From positions 1 to 64,000 of the IMG/VR virus record IMGVR_UViG_3300025732_000035: a stretch of DNA of 64,000 bases, one strand, 5' to 3'. Within the stretch, counting starts at the first letter, position 1, and every line of letters begins with the position of its first letter. The notes under the pieces are model-generated. The model was not told the origin of the DNA. It made no database searches and saw only the letters and a list, made by a program, of their open reading frames with translations. This document shows positions 37,996-46,790 of this stretch, one piece after another. A program made the position numbers and the translations under genes. This DNA comes from a virus.

Positions 37996-38495
37996 GCTTC
38001 TACAGCCTCCTGCGTCTCAGCATTTTGCTCTTCAGCAATAAATTCAACCACTTTTGCAATGGCTTTGCGGGGAAGATTTTTGGTGTCTTCAATCTCCCAA
38101 TCGCCAAGATCTTGCCATTCGCCATCAATAAGGCCTTGGCCACGAGAGCGAATAAAGGCAGTGACCATACGGGCATTAGTGGCTTCCACCGATGATCCGC
38201 TGGTAATCATACTCAGCGTTTCTTCCGTGAACTCAGAGAGCAGCTCAGCTTCTGAAATGGAACCACCGCCCTGCAACAGTGCAAAGGCCTCGTCCAAGGG
38301 AATCTCACGGGAGGCGGCAATGCGCTTCGCAAGCTGAACAGCACGAATAGTAGCTTGGCTTTGCAGTTTGCTGATTTCCTCCTGCTCAATGGATTCAGCA
38401 ACAAGCCAACTGCCATATTTCTTCAGACGGATTTCGGGCAGCAGCTCAAAATAGCCTTCAGTCTTGGTTTGAACTAGGAAGCTGTATTTGCTCAT
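37962..38495 (-). CDS. tail assembly chaperone (gpG-like)
   Basis: position before TMP; slippery site near 3' end. Confidence 0.85.
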   Translation of the reverse strand: MSKYSFLVQTKTEGYFELLPEIRLKKYGSWLVAESIEQEEISKLQSQATIRAVQLAKRIAASREIPLDEAFALLQGGGSISEAELLSEFTEETLSMITSGSSVEATNARMVTAFIRSRGQGLIDGEWQDLGDWEIEDTKNLPRKAIAKVVEFIAEEQNAETQEAVEAKKAAKRNGPQ

Positions 38496-38721
38496 GATCG
38501 AGAATGTTTAACAATGCGTTGAACACCTTCACTCGCTCATGAGAAGAGCGAAATTCTGGCGGCACTTCAATCAGCATTGAATGATTGTCGTTGCTAATTC
38601 TAATGGTCATTTCCCTGCAAGAAACAAGACAAAGGATGCCCACTTCCAAAGCAGCGCCATCAATCAAGCAATTAATGGCATGTACTGTATTATCAGCACT
38701 CCATAAATAGTCGATTTTCAT
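38458..38721 (-). CDS. hypothetical protein
   Basis: ATGA-coupled in tail operon. Confidence 0.6.
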   Translation of the reverse strand: MKIDYLWSADNTVHAINCLIDGAALEVGILCLVSCREMTIRISNDNHSMLIEVPPEFRSSHERVKVFNALLNILDHEQIQLPSSNQD

Positions 38722-39179
38722 CGTCCCATCGCAGAACGAATGCGCTGTAGAAGCCGTTGTTTAATAGCGCTTTGCTCAAACCGGCTTGGAATGGCAACAT
38801 CTTGAGTCCATGGTCTAGCAAATGGCACGTTTGTTCCTCTCAATGCGTCGTGTACGTATCGAGCATAAGGCTGGCCGCTGCTATTGGTGGCGTCCCAATT
38901 CCAAGTGGCTTCAGCGCCAGATGAAGACAAAGACACGTCAAAGCTATCTCTTCCACTCTTGTAAAGATCGCCAAGATCATAAATATCACGAACACCTGCA
39001 TTAACAAAGTCTCCATTTTTCCTCTTCGTATCCCTTCCATAATCCCATTTCTCCTCAAAGAATTGATCACGAAAGTGATCATTCACATCAAAGCGTGTCC
39101 AAGTTTTAAAAGCTTTTGCAAGCTTATTGACGAGGTCTTCAGGATTAACAAAACTACCACCAGTGATAATTGCCGACAT
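38718..39179 (-). CDS. tail completion / neck protein (HK97 gp10-like)
   Basis: DLGDLYKSG..YARYVHD..ARPW pattern. Confidence 0.7.
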   Translation of the reverse strand: MSAIITGGSFVNPEDLVNKLAKAFKTWTRFDVNDHFRDQFFEEKWDYGRDTKRKNGDFVNAGVRDIYDLGDLYKSGRDSFDVSLSSSGAEATWNWDATNSSGQPYARYVHDALRGTNVPFARPWTQDVAIPSRFEQSAIKQRLLQRIRSAMGR

Positions 39180-39589
39180 TAGCTTGCTGGATACAATTGT
39201 TTAACAATGCGATCAGGAATGATAAATTTACATTGCTCGTAGGCAATATCGTCGCCAGGAAAGTATGACGGAGTGCAATCAGGAAACCTCCTAACCATTC
39301 TTTCCATCGCTTCATTTAATGTGGCACTGCTTGGCGTAAACTGGGCCAGTCTCACTTCCCACAACTGATTAACTTGCACCATTCCTACCATGGCGCGAGG
39401 TAGCCGATTAGGGAATTCTTGCATGGTCACTTCTAGCCCTTTCGCTTTCCATTCCTTTGGTACGCTTTGCCTGCCCACTACATACACAGCAGGAAGCGTT
39501 GAATTATTTGGCAGTGTATAAGTGCCAATAAGATTAGGCGATGCAGAAAGCAGCTCAGTAACAGTTTCTCGCAGTTGTGAAATGTTCAT
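39179..39589 (-). CDS. tail terminator-like protein
   Basis: size and position next to major tail gene. Confidence 0.55.
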   Translation of the reverse strand: MNISQLRETVTELLSASPNLIGTYTLPNNSTLPAVYVVGRQSVPKEWKAKGLEVTMQEFPNRLPRAMVGMVQVNQLWEVRLAQFTPSSATLNEAMERMVRRFPDCTPSYFPGDDIAYEQCKFIIPDRIVKQLYPAS

Positions 39590-39590
39590 T

Positions 39591-39618
39591 AAAAAGCCTG
39601 TCCCCGTAGGGACAGGCT
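39591..39618 (-). terminator. terminator after major tail protein
   Basis: AGCCTGTCCC-TACG-GGGACAGGCT followed by TTTT. Confidence 0.85.
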
Positions 39619-39639
39619 AGCGAAGATTCAATGGAAGAA

Positions 39640-40218
39640 TCAGGAATTAGGAGCTGTCGGGATGATGCTGCCAGTTTCAGAGGCATTCTGATGAATGCCA
39701 ATGCGACCACGACTGGTAAGATCAAACGTCACTTCCACGAGATTATCAGCGGGATAGCTCTCGTTGTAGTTCATCACGCAAGCAACAAATGCCACGCGAT
39801 CATAGTAGTAAGTGTTGCCAGAAGCGCCAAGCTGTTTATTAATCTCCACGTACACTTCGTGGTTCTTGTCGTAACGGCTAGCACTCACTGCCTGGAAAGC
39901 TTCATCAAAGCTGTTCGGCAGGAACACAGTGCCATCAACATCCTTCTGGAAGTAGGAAGTAATGGAAGCAGTGGCTTGACTGGTAGTGATCACGCTATCA
40001 GCAAAACCACCGCCGCCCAGCAGGTAAAATTCTTGGTTGCCATCGTTAAAGGCAACAGAGGCAGTAGTAGCTGCCTGCAGAGTATAGAGAGTAGGAGCGC
40101 CGCTAACGGTGAAAGTGGCACCACTTTGAGTGATGATGGGACGAGAAGTGCCGCCAATGGAGCCCACGCGGACAATCACGTCCTGGCTCTTCACTAGCTC
40201 AGTGGGATGGTAGAGCAT
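39640..40218 (-). CDS. major tail (tube) protein
   Basis: 192 aa beta-rich, followed by strong terminator, between connectors and chaperones. Confidence 0.75.
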   Translation of the reverse strand: MLYHPTELVKSQDVIVRVGSIGGTSRPIITQSGATFTVSGAPTLYTLQAATTASVAFNDGNQEFYLLGGGGFADSVITTSQATASITSYFQKDVDGTVFLPNSFDEAFQAVSASRYDKNHEVYVEINKQLGASGNTYYYDRVAFVACVMNYNESYPADNLVEVTFDLTSRGRIGIHQNASETGSIIPTAPNS

Positions 40219-40245
40219 GAGAAATTCCTCAATGAAAGAAGAGAG

Positions 40246-40635
40246 TTAAGCGTTGTCCACGCTTCCTTTGCCAATTAGTCTAAAAATTCCCCTAATTGGC
40301 GTGCCTAAGAATTGCCAATAGTGAATAGCAATTTGTTCATTCGGCAATAGTTCAAACCTTCCTTCTCTTCCATTGATAATTGCCTGAGCACTATCACCAA
40401 CAGTCACGCCAGACAACGTGAGGGGACTGGTCATCCTGCCTTCCATGTAGACAGCAGTCAGATCAGCCCCCAATAGTTGGTCGTAACGGGGATTTTGCTT
40501 TTGCTTAAGCGTGGCGTAAAACGTCACACCAGAAGAAACCGGAACATAATTACCAGTTTCGCTATCAAGAGCATAGCCCGAAGCCACATGAAACACCAAG
40601 GTGGCATTAGCAAGTGGCTCCAGGAAATTACTCAC
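40246..40635 (-). CDS. head closure protein
   Basis: synteny; DSETGNYV motif. Confidence 0.55.
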   Translation of the reverse strand: MSNFLEPLANATLVFHVASGYALDSETGNYVPVSSGVTFYATLKQKQNPRYDQLLGADLTAVYMEGRMTSPLTLSGVTVGDSAQAIINGREGRFELLPNEQIAIHYWQFLGTPIRGIFRLIGKGSVDNA

Positions 40636-40943
40636 ACGACAAACCCAACGGAAGAAAGAGGAAGATTATTGGTCATTCGTTTAAACTCCTGACCGTATTG
40701 AGTGGCATCAAGCCCCTCGCCATATACCTTGCCATCAGTGGCACCAATTTGAATGCCCATTTGAGCAAGTTGAATGGCAATAATATGAGCAGCAAGAAAT
40801 TTGACTGCCCTATCAGTTTGATCCCCAAATACATCACTAGAAGCATCGTAAGAAGCTTCCGTAATGGCACCATTAACAATGCCAGAAGGATGTGGACTGA
40901 ATTCAGGAAAGCGCTCAAGAAAGCTTGCGTAGGTAACTGCCAT
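40632..40943 (-). CDS. head-tail adaptor (DUF4054-like)
   Basis: FLERFPEF..LAAH..TQYGQEF. Confidence 0.8.
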   Translation of the reverse strand: MAVTYASFLERFPEFSPHPSGIVNGAITEASYDASSDVFGDQTDRAVKFLAAHIIAIQLAQMGIQIGATDGKVYGEGLDATQYGQEFKRMTNNLPLSSVGFVV

Positions 40944-40945
40944 AA

Positions 40946-41332
40946 TCAGGCTTTCCCAATACGAATGGCTTCAATGCGCTTTGCAATGGCATTCCTCACG
41001 CGAATGCGCCCTTCAATCTTCTTCCAATCTGCCAGACGATCTGGATCATGGATGAGTTCAATGGCGCGAATAGCTTGCGTAAGGGGAAGTTCGCTAAGGC
41101 TTTGAACATTTTCAGGCAGGTCTTCTACCATCACTTGTTCTTTCATTTCTTCAATGGCACCAATAGCAAGAAGCTTTTTAACAGTGCCGTTTTCCTTCGC
41201 TTCCTTCCATTTTTCATCAGGAATTTCCTGATTAAGACCAGGCGTCAGTTGAATGAGCCCGCTCTTGGTAATAATGCCAAACCCTGCATCACGAGGGGGA
41301 TTTTCAAGTTCGGGACGATAAGCAATCAGCAT
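40946..41332 (-). CDS. hypothetical virion-associated protein
   Basis: follows MCP; LTPGLN motif. Confidence 0.6.
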   Translation of the reverse strand: MLIAYRPELENPPRDAGFGIITKSGLIQLTPGLNQEIPDEKWKEAKENGTVKKLLAIGAIEEMKEQVMVEDLPENVQSLSELPLTQAIRAIELIHDPDRLADWKKIEGRIRVRNAIAKRIEAIRIGKA

Positions 41333-41388
41333 TGTTCAAGAAAAACAATTGCTAATAGCTTAACGTCCATCTTCTTGATTAACTATCC

Positions 41389-42297
41389 TCAGCTAGACGC
41401 TTGAACGTAGATCATGCTCTTGGGATAGTACAGAGCAACACCACCCACACGGGCATGAGCAGGAACGATGAATTCCAGACCACGTTGCTGGGGCGGGAAC
41501 AGCTCAAGGGGCTGAGGAATGTGCAGTTGCACCTTCTCAGGATCACGCTTGTACACCACCATGCGGTCTGTGTTCAGCGGGCTGTTGTCAGCTTCCAACT
41601 GGTTAATGGGCTCAACGTTGCGGATATAAGGGTTGGTACGCAGGAAGTACTCAAGCACGGTCACGTCCGAAGAGTCGGAATTGCGAGTGGTGCTAATCTT
41701 GTTGTAATCCGCGTAGGACAGCAAGATGGTATCGGGCTGTTCCTTCATCTTGGAGCCGTTGATAATGGCAGTCACGCCATAGTTCAGCAGTTCCAGCATT
41801 TCCTGAGCGGTGGTGCCGGCAGTGGTGAACCACTTATCAGCAGCAACAACGTCCACAGTTGAGTTGTTGAAGAAGCCAGCGAGACCCACAGAGCTTTCGC
41901 CGAAGAAAGCCAGGCTCTCCACTTTCTCTTCATAGGCACGACGCACAGCAGCAGCACGACGCTGCTCCAGGGCGATGTTCGCCATTTGAGCAGCACGCAG
42001 TTCTTGCACGGTGTAGCCAAAGCTGCCACCGAAAGAACGGATGTTGATGCTCTTCTCCACTTGGCTGATGTCAGCACGGGGCAGATCATCGGCAGCGTCC
42101 GCAATCAGACGGAACTCACCAGTGGAGTCCATGATGCGATAGGTGAAGGTCTGGGCGCCAGGACCAGCTTCAGCAGTGACGGGAAGAACAGTGGGATATT
42201 TAATATCCGCATACTGCACTTCAAAAACTTGGGGGCGAATGTACTCAAGCTGACGCTCAAGGAACAGGCCCGCATCATCCATACGGAATTCAGACAT
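41389..42297 (-). CDS. major capsid protein (DUF2184-like)
   Basis: FLERQLEYI, SFGYTVQELRAA, GFFN, GGVALYYP; AGGAGG RBS before ATG 42297. Confidence 0.9.
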   Translation of the reverse strand: MSEFRMDDAGLFLERQLEYIRPQVFEVQYADIKYPTVLPVTAEAGPGAQTFTYRIMDSTGEFRLIADAADDLPRADISQVEKSINIRSFGGSFGYTVQELRAAQMANIALEQRRAAAVRRAYEEKVESLAFFGESSVGLAGFFNNSTVDVVAADKWFTTAGTTAQEMLELLNYGVTAIINGSKMKEQPDTILLSYADYNKISTTRNSDSSDVTVLEYFLRTNPYIRNVEPINQLEADNSPLNTDRMVVYKRDPEKVQLHIPQPLELFPPQQRGLEFIVPAHARVGGVALYYPKSMIYVQASS

Positions 42298-42313
42298 TTT
42301 TAAGAGCCTCCTA

Positions 42314-42874
42314 TCAAGAATCAGCAGAGAGGGTGAAGCTCGGACCATTCAGCTCCAGAACAGCAAGGCCGCTGCCAGTAGTGGAGGTGAGGAAACGAGC
42401 GTTAGCGAGGCGAACAGTTTTGCCCGATGCAAAAGCATGAGAGAACTGACCGGCCTTGCCAGTGCCGCTAGCGGAATACAGCACACGCACGGGAGATGCG
42501 GGAGTAACAGCGCCAGTCACATAAACGGCAACTGCACCTTCATTGGCCACGTTCATGGCTTGCTGGTTCTTCACGCCAGGACGGTTATTTGCGTCCAGAG
42601 CGGTTTCATCAACATAGGTGAGGACGTTAACGCCCAGCACGGTATCAGAAGTGCCAGAAATGGTGGTAGCAGAATTGGCAACAGTGCCAGCAGTGTTGTA
42701 CACAGCCAGATTGCCAAAAGGAATAACAGCGCCGGTCTCGTTGAGCCGGGTGGTGATAGTGTTGTCGCGGATGTCAGACAGTTGACCTTCCAGCAGTGCA
42801 TTGTGCTGCAGGCTATAAGCCTGCTGCACGCCACCAGCGGAGGCGGTGCCCGAAGCAGAGAAAGTTACGGCCAT
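42314..42874 (-). CDS. capsid decoration/cement protein
   Basis: between protease/scaffold and MCP; IPFG..GAVAV..ARF pattern. Confidence 0.75.
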   Translation of the reverse strand: MAVTFSASGTASAGGVQQAYSLQHNALLEGQLSDIRDNTITTRLNETGAVIPFGNLAVYNTAGTVANSATTISGTSDTVLGVNVLTYVDETALDANNRPGVKNQQAMNVANEGAVAVYVTGAVTPASPVRVLYSASGTGKAGQFSHAFASGKTVRLANARFLTSTTGSGLAVLELNGPSFTLSADS

Positions 42875-42876
42875 AA

Positions 42877-44070
42877 TTACTTAGCCTCCTTGGAGATGGA
42901 AAGGGGCTTCTTCCAAGCATTCTGCAGCATGTCCATATAGGACGAAGGTGCAGACACGGGAGAAGCAATGGAAGCTACGACTTTGCGCAGCTCATCAGTG
43001 GTGGCAGAATCTTTGCGACCCTCAGAGAGAGTATCAAACATTGCTTGCACGTAGTCATCGCTCTTCTCGGAAAGATCAAGCTCGTCACCACGTACTGCCT
43101 TAATGGAATCAACCATCACTTCACGGGCAGTTTTGCCAGCGAAAGCGTAAGCAGCATCGAGAACAGGCTTAGCCTTCTCGATGAGAGCAACGCGCTCTTC
43201 CACCATGGAATCAAGATTGATTTCCTTGGAAGCTACCAGTTCAGCGTTCAGCTCTTCAATTTGCTCAGCTAGGGCATCGGCGCGACCTTCGGCAGCGTCC
43301 ATTTTGCCCTTCATTTCTTTTTCCATGGCATCCATTTCTTCCTTCATTTTGGAAGCTTCAGTCACCATGCCATCGTACTTTTTCTTCATGTCTTCGTAAG
43401 ACATACGGCCATCTTCCCGTTCTTTGGTGATCGCAAGAGCAACGCTCTCACTCACCTCAAACTCGGCGCCGTCAAATACGACTTTTGCAGTCATAAGACG
43501 TTCCTCGGTGTTTTGAATTAAAGAGGGGTCAGCAGCATCTTGTCGATCAAGATGGAGCTTCACCTGTGGGCCAGCACGGCCCCGTCGAACAACGGCGATG
43601 TGATTTCCAACGATTTCCTTTTGGATGCCGTCGTAATGCTCACCGCTATCGGTAACGCCAGGTGTAGGGTCATAACTGACTCGATAACCAGCGCTAACTT
43701 CACGAGCATCGCCGCGCATAATACGATCAATGGCGTCTTGATCTGTGATTGTCATCACAGCCTTGACGAAACCATTGTCATACACCACTTCAGTGCTGCT
43801 AAATCCTACTTGGTAGTCTTTAGTATTGTTAGCATCTAAAAGAACGGGCGGATGTTCGGCGGTTACGGCCTTGCCAGCAAAAGAGGCTAGGCTCGCGGGA
43901 GAGGCCACTTCTTCTTCAGGTCTATATTCGCGACGCACTGAACCATCAGCATCTGTATAGAGCTGAATACCAGTGCGAGCAATAGAGGCCCATGCCCGAA
44001 GATAACCTTCAGGCGTCACCTCATATTTCTCAATGGGAGAGAAATCGTAGCGACAAGATGTGGTGCTCAT
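42877..44070 (-). CDS. prohead protease/scaffold (DUF2213-like)
   Basis: TPEGYL, ARTGIQLY, SAGY, NHIAVVRRGRAG plus coiled-coil scaffold. Confidence 0.9.
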   Translation of the reverse strand: MSTTSCRYDFSPIEKYEVTPEGYLRAWASIARTGIQLYTDADGSVRREYRPEEEVASPASLASFAGKAVTAEHPPVLLDANNTKDYQVGFSSTEVVYDNGFVKAVMTITDQDAIDRIMRGDAREVSAGYRVSYDPTPGVTDSGEHYDGIQKEIVGNHIAVVRRGRAGPQVKLHLDRQDAADPSLIQNTEERLMTAKVVFDGAEFEVSESVALAITKEREDGRMSYEDMKKKYDGMVTEASKMKEEMDAMEKEMKGKMDAAEGRADALAEQIEELNAELVASKEINLDSMVEERVALIEKAKPVLDAAYAFAGKTAREVMVDSIKAVRGDELDLSEKSDDYVQAMFDTLSEGRKDSATTDELRKVVASIASPVSAPSSYMDMLQNAWKKPLSISKEAK

Positions 44071-44132
44071 ATACTCACTTTATCAATAAACTTAGTTTAT
44101 TATAAAAACAACTATTCAGAACTGACTAGGAA

Positions 44133-44417
44133 ATGATGTTTCTCAAGAAGAGCGGCGCCGATGTGCTTAAAATGCCCCATCAGCAAGCTCGCCTACTCAT
44201 TGCTTCTCGCATTAAAGAAGCCCGCCTTAACAGCGGGCTTTCACAGAAGAATGTAGCAGAAGCTTTACATACAAGTCAGAGTTCTTATTCTCGAATGGAA
44301 CGCGCTGAACTGGCTCCTGACTGCGTGCAAATTCGCACTCTCAGCGGTCTCTATGGAATAAGCGTACTGTGGCTGATGGGCTACCCATCGTTCATTCTCA
44401 ATACGAAGCGCGATTAA
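44133..44417 (+). CDS. XRE-family HTH regulator
   Basis: RIKEAR..GLSQKNVAEAL..SQSSYSRMER..SVLWLMG. Confidence 0.9.
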   Translation: MMFLKKSGADVLKMPHQQARLLIASRIKEARLNSGLSQKNVAEALHTSQSSYSRMERAELAPDCVQIRTLSGLYGISVLWLMGYPSFILNTKRD

Positions 44418-44728
44418 TCTTCGTCCTCATCGTCGTCGTCGCGAATATCACGAAGCTGGTCTTCAATGCCTTCCATGATGTACGATTTTGCCATTGCCTC
44501 AATTTCAAACGTTAAAAACTTAGTTGGCTCAAAATGAGGATCAGGCTTTTCGTAAACGCTCATTACATAGATGTGAGTTTCGTCTAGCCGACCATTTTTA
44601 AAGCATTGCTTCTCAACTAGCTCCCAGCGTGAAGTATTGCGATGCTCGTTAGAAGAAAGAATAGACAACGCCTGCAAAAGACCAATACCTTCATCCTCTT
44701 GTTCGATGACGCGCACGTATTCGCTCAT
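44414..44728 (-). CDS. hypothetical acidic protein
   Basis: 104-aa ORF coupled to upstream gene. Confidence 0.6.
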   Translation of the reverse strand: MSEYVRVIEQEDEGIGLLQALSILSSNEHRNTSRWELVEKQCFKNGRLDETHIYVMSVYEKPDPHFEPTKFLTFEIEAMAKSYIMEGIEDQLRDIRDDDDEDED

Positions 44729-45090
44729 TGATCTTTGTTTCGACTTTCCAGCATTTTAATGATGCGTCGAGCCCAAGACTCTCCCGCATCGCCGCCCCAT
44801 AAATCCCAGCTAATTTTTCCTGCATCATCTTCTCCACCGCTTTTATTCTTTCGATGGCGAGAGAAGAAAGCTGCCATACGCTTGATAGTGGCATAACTAA
44901 CTTTTTCTCCGTTGGCCAAGCTTGTAGCCCTAGCCACTCCACTGCCAATACCCTGCTTCCCCGCCTCCTGCGTCGTTAAACCGCCTTTGCCGTGTTTCCT
45001 GCGCAGCTCCAAGCCACGACGGGCAGCGCTCCTTACGGCAGGAGGAGGGGAGAAGCTTTCAGCGTCTCCCCTCAGCGCTTTTTTCCGCAA
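44725..45090 (-). CDS. basic head-region protein, probably translated as a -1 frameshift extension of 45072..45335
   Basis: AARRGLELRR..TIKRMAAFFSRH..WDLWGG; no N-terminal ATG; entered through A_AAA_AAG. Confidence 0.7.
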   Translation of the reverse strand: MRKKALRGDAESFSPPPAVRSAARRGLELRRKHGKGGLTTQEAGKQGIGSGVARATSLANGEKVSYATIKRMAAFFSRHRKNKSGGEDDAGKISWDLWGGDAGESWARRIIKMLESRNKDQ

Positions 45091-45335
45091 CTCCCATCCA
45101 TTTCCCCTTCTTCTTCCTGTTCCTCTTCTTCTCCGGCTAGCTCCTTAAAGAAGCCCATGTAATACTCATCGCTCATATCTTTTTTCGGTTTGCGTGACAT
45201 ACCAGCTTCGGACAGGGCAATTGCCAGCGCCTGCTTCGGGCTCTTAACTGGTTCACCACTGCTGCTCTTAAGCTTGCCACCCTTAAATTCGCGCATTACC
45301 TTGGCAATTTTTGCCTGCTTTTCTTTCTTGGTCAT
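45072..45335 (-). CDS. DUF6496-like small basic/acidic protein
   Basis: KVMREFKGGKLKSSSG..VKSPKQALAIALSEA. Confidence 0.8.
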   Translation of the reverse strand: MTKKEKQAKIAKVMREFKGGKLKSSSGEPVKSPKQALAIALSEAGMSRKPKKDMSDEYYMGFFKELAGEEEEQEEEGEMDGSCGKKR

Positions 45336-45361
45336 GGTCTAAATGCTTTTCTTAAGCATAA

Positions 45362-46078
45362 TCAATGGATGAATCCTATAGGAGCAGTGGCGATGTTCAT
45401 GTCAGGAAAAAGTTTGTCACGATACAAAACCATGCCAGTAATGAGACGTTCAGCAATAAAAGCTAACGCTCGCTTGTCATAGCCTCCAATGCGAAGAAAC
45501 TGCTTTTCATGTTTGTGCCAAATAGGAGCTAGAGCTACAAACAATGTGCTCATAAATTGCTTGTACTGAACATTACTTCCTCTGGCCATATTGCAGCCAA
45601 TAAAGCTGTTCTGTTTCCAAATGGCATCAATTTCTTCCCTTGAAAAAATCCAGCTTCCCGAATCTGCAATTTCCCTGGTGATAGCAGGAGCATCAAAAGC
45701 AGAATGTCCACCATAGAACTGCTGCTCTAGCGTGCAACTAAACAATGCAGGCTCCGGGAAATACAACGTATTTTTGTCGTACCATTGATCATTTGGCTCT
45801 AACCAATTGCGTCTGTATTGTGCATTGCCGATGTTCTTTTCATTCGCATTGAGAATCATCCAAGAAATGCAAGACAGCTCTCCCCATCGACTATTGCGAG
45901 TGGAAAGAGAAGCATTCTCATCATCAAATACATAACCTTCCCCACGGAGCGTTTCACGCTCCTCACTAGACAAAGCATATGCTCCTCCCATGATGGGAAC
46001 AATACGAGAGCGAGCTTCATACCTCACCTTCTCACCAGGAATACACACGGCATAAATGGTGCAATCAGACGGTTGCAT
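45362..46078 (-). CDS. DUF4422-like putative glycosyltransferase
   Basis: N..WGELS..W, IGNAQYRR, CNM, RALAFIAERL. Confidence 0.7.
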   Translation of the reverse strand: MQPSDCTIYAVCIPGEKVRYEARSRIVPIMGGAYALSSEERETLRGEGYVFDDENASLSTRNSRWGELSCISWMILNANEKNIGNAQYRRNWLEPNDQWYDKNTLYFPEPALFSCTLEQQFYGGHSAFDAPAITREIADSGSWIFSREEIDAIWKQNSFIGCNMARGSNVQYKQFMSTLFVALAPIWHKHEKQFLRIGGYDKRALAFIAERLITGMVLYRDKLFPDMNIATAPIGFIH

Positions 46079-46790
46079 AGACTTTCCTCGTAGCCCAAAG
46101 CTCGTTGTAATTGTTCACGCCCCTAGCACCAAGCCCGGTAAGATCGCCGCCTCCTGCAGGCTTGCTCCAGGCCATAATCGTACCATCGGGAAGCACAAAC
46201 GCTCTGTTCTTCTGGCCATGCGTAGGCGTCAATTCAAGGTAGTCACCGTAGACAAAATTGGCTTGACTGCCATTTACGGCAAGCGCTTTACCTAAAAGAG
46301 TGGGGCCGGTGGGACATAATGGCGTGATGCCATAGTATTGCTCAATGCAATTGGCCACAATCATTTCAATGGCAGTTTGTAGTGCTGCATTGTCTGGCTT
46401 GGAATAGAGCACGGTTGTAGCGCAGGCCCAGCTTGTGTAGCTAAAGCGTTGGATATCACGAAAAGCCAAGAATTCAATGCGATCACCAAGATCCACTGCA
46501 TTAAAAGCTCTCACGCCAATGTCAAAATACCAGCCGCCAAGCTTGTTCAGCAGGCAGAATCGGCCAAGATCCGCCTTGTAAGAAAATGGCACCAAGCAAT
46601 CATATGCCCATACCACTTCCTCCCCATAGTTCTCAGCGATGAAAGCGCGAAGCGCGTCGTTGTTGTAAATAACATGCTCAGCATTAGGGAAGCATGCATC
46701 AATAGTTCCCGTGGCATGCTTAAGAAATGGACTCAGTTCTTCCGCCGGATCGGTAGAAAGAAAGATTTGTGAAATTTGCATGGCGATCAA
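46065..46790 (-). CDS. GT32-like (DXD sugar-binding) glycosyltransferase
   Basis: YKADLGRFCLL..GGWYFDI, PTGP. Confidence 0.85.
   Translation of the reverse strand: MIAMQISQIFLSTDPAEELSPFLKHATGTIDACFPNAEHVIYNNDALRAFIAENYGEEVVWAYDCLVPFSYKADLGRFCLLNKLGGWYFDIGVRAFNAVDLGDRIEFLAFRDIQRFSYTSWACATTVLYSKPDNAALQTAIEMIVANCIEQYYGITPLCPTGPTLLGKALAVNGSQANFVYGDYLELTPTHGQKNRAFVLPDGTIMAWSKPAGGGDLTGLGARGVNNYNELWATRKVYATV

Noticed and set aside
39631-43839. Long plus-strand ORFs opposite head and tail genes
   Set aside because: Antisense shadows of strongly codon-biased structural genes
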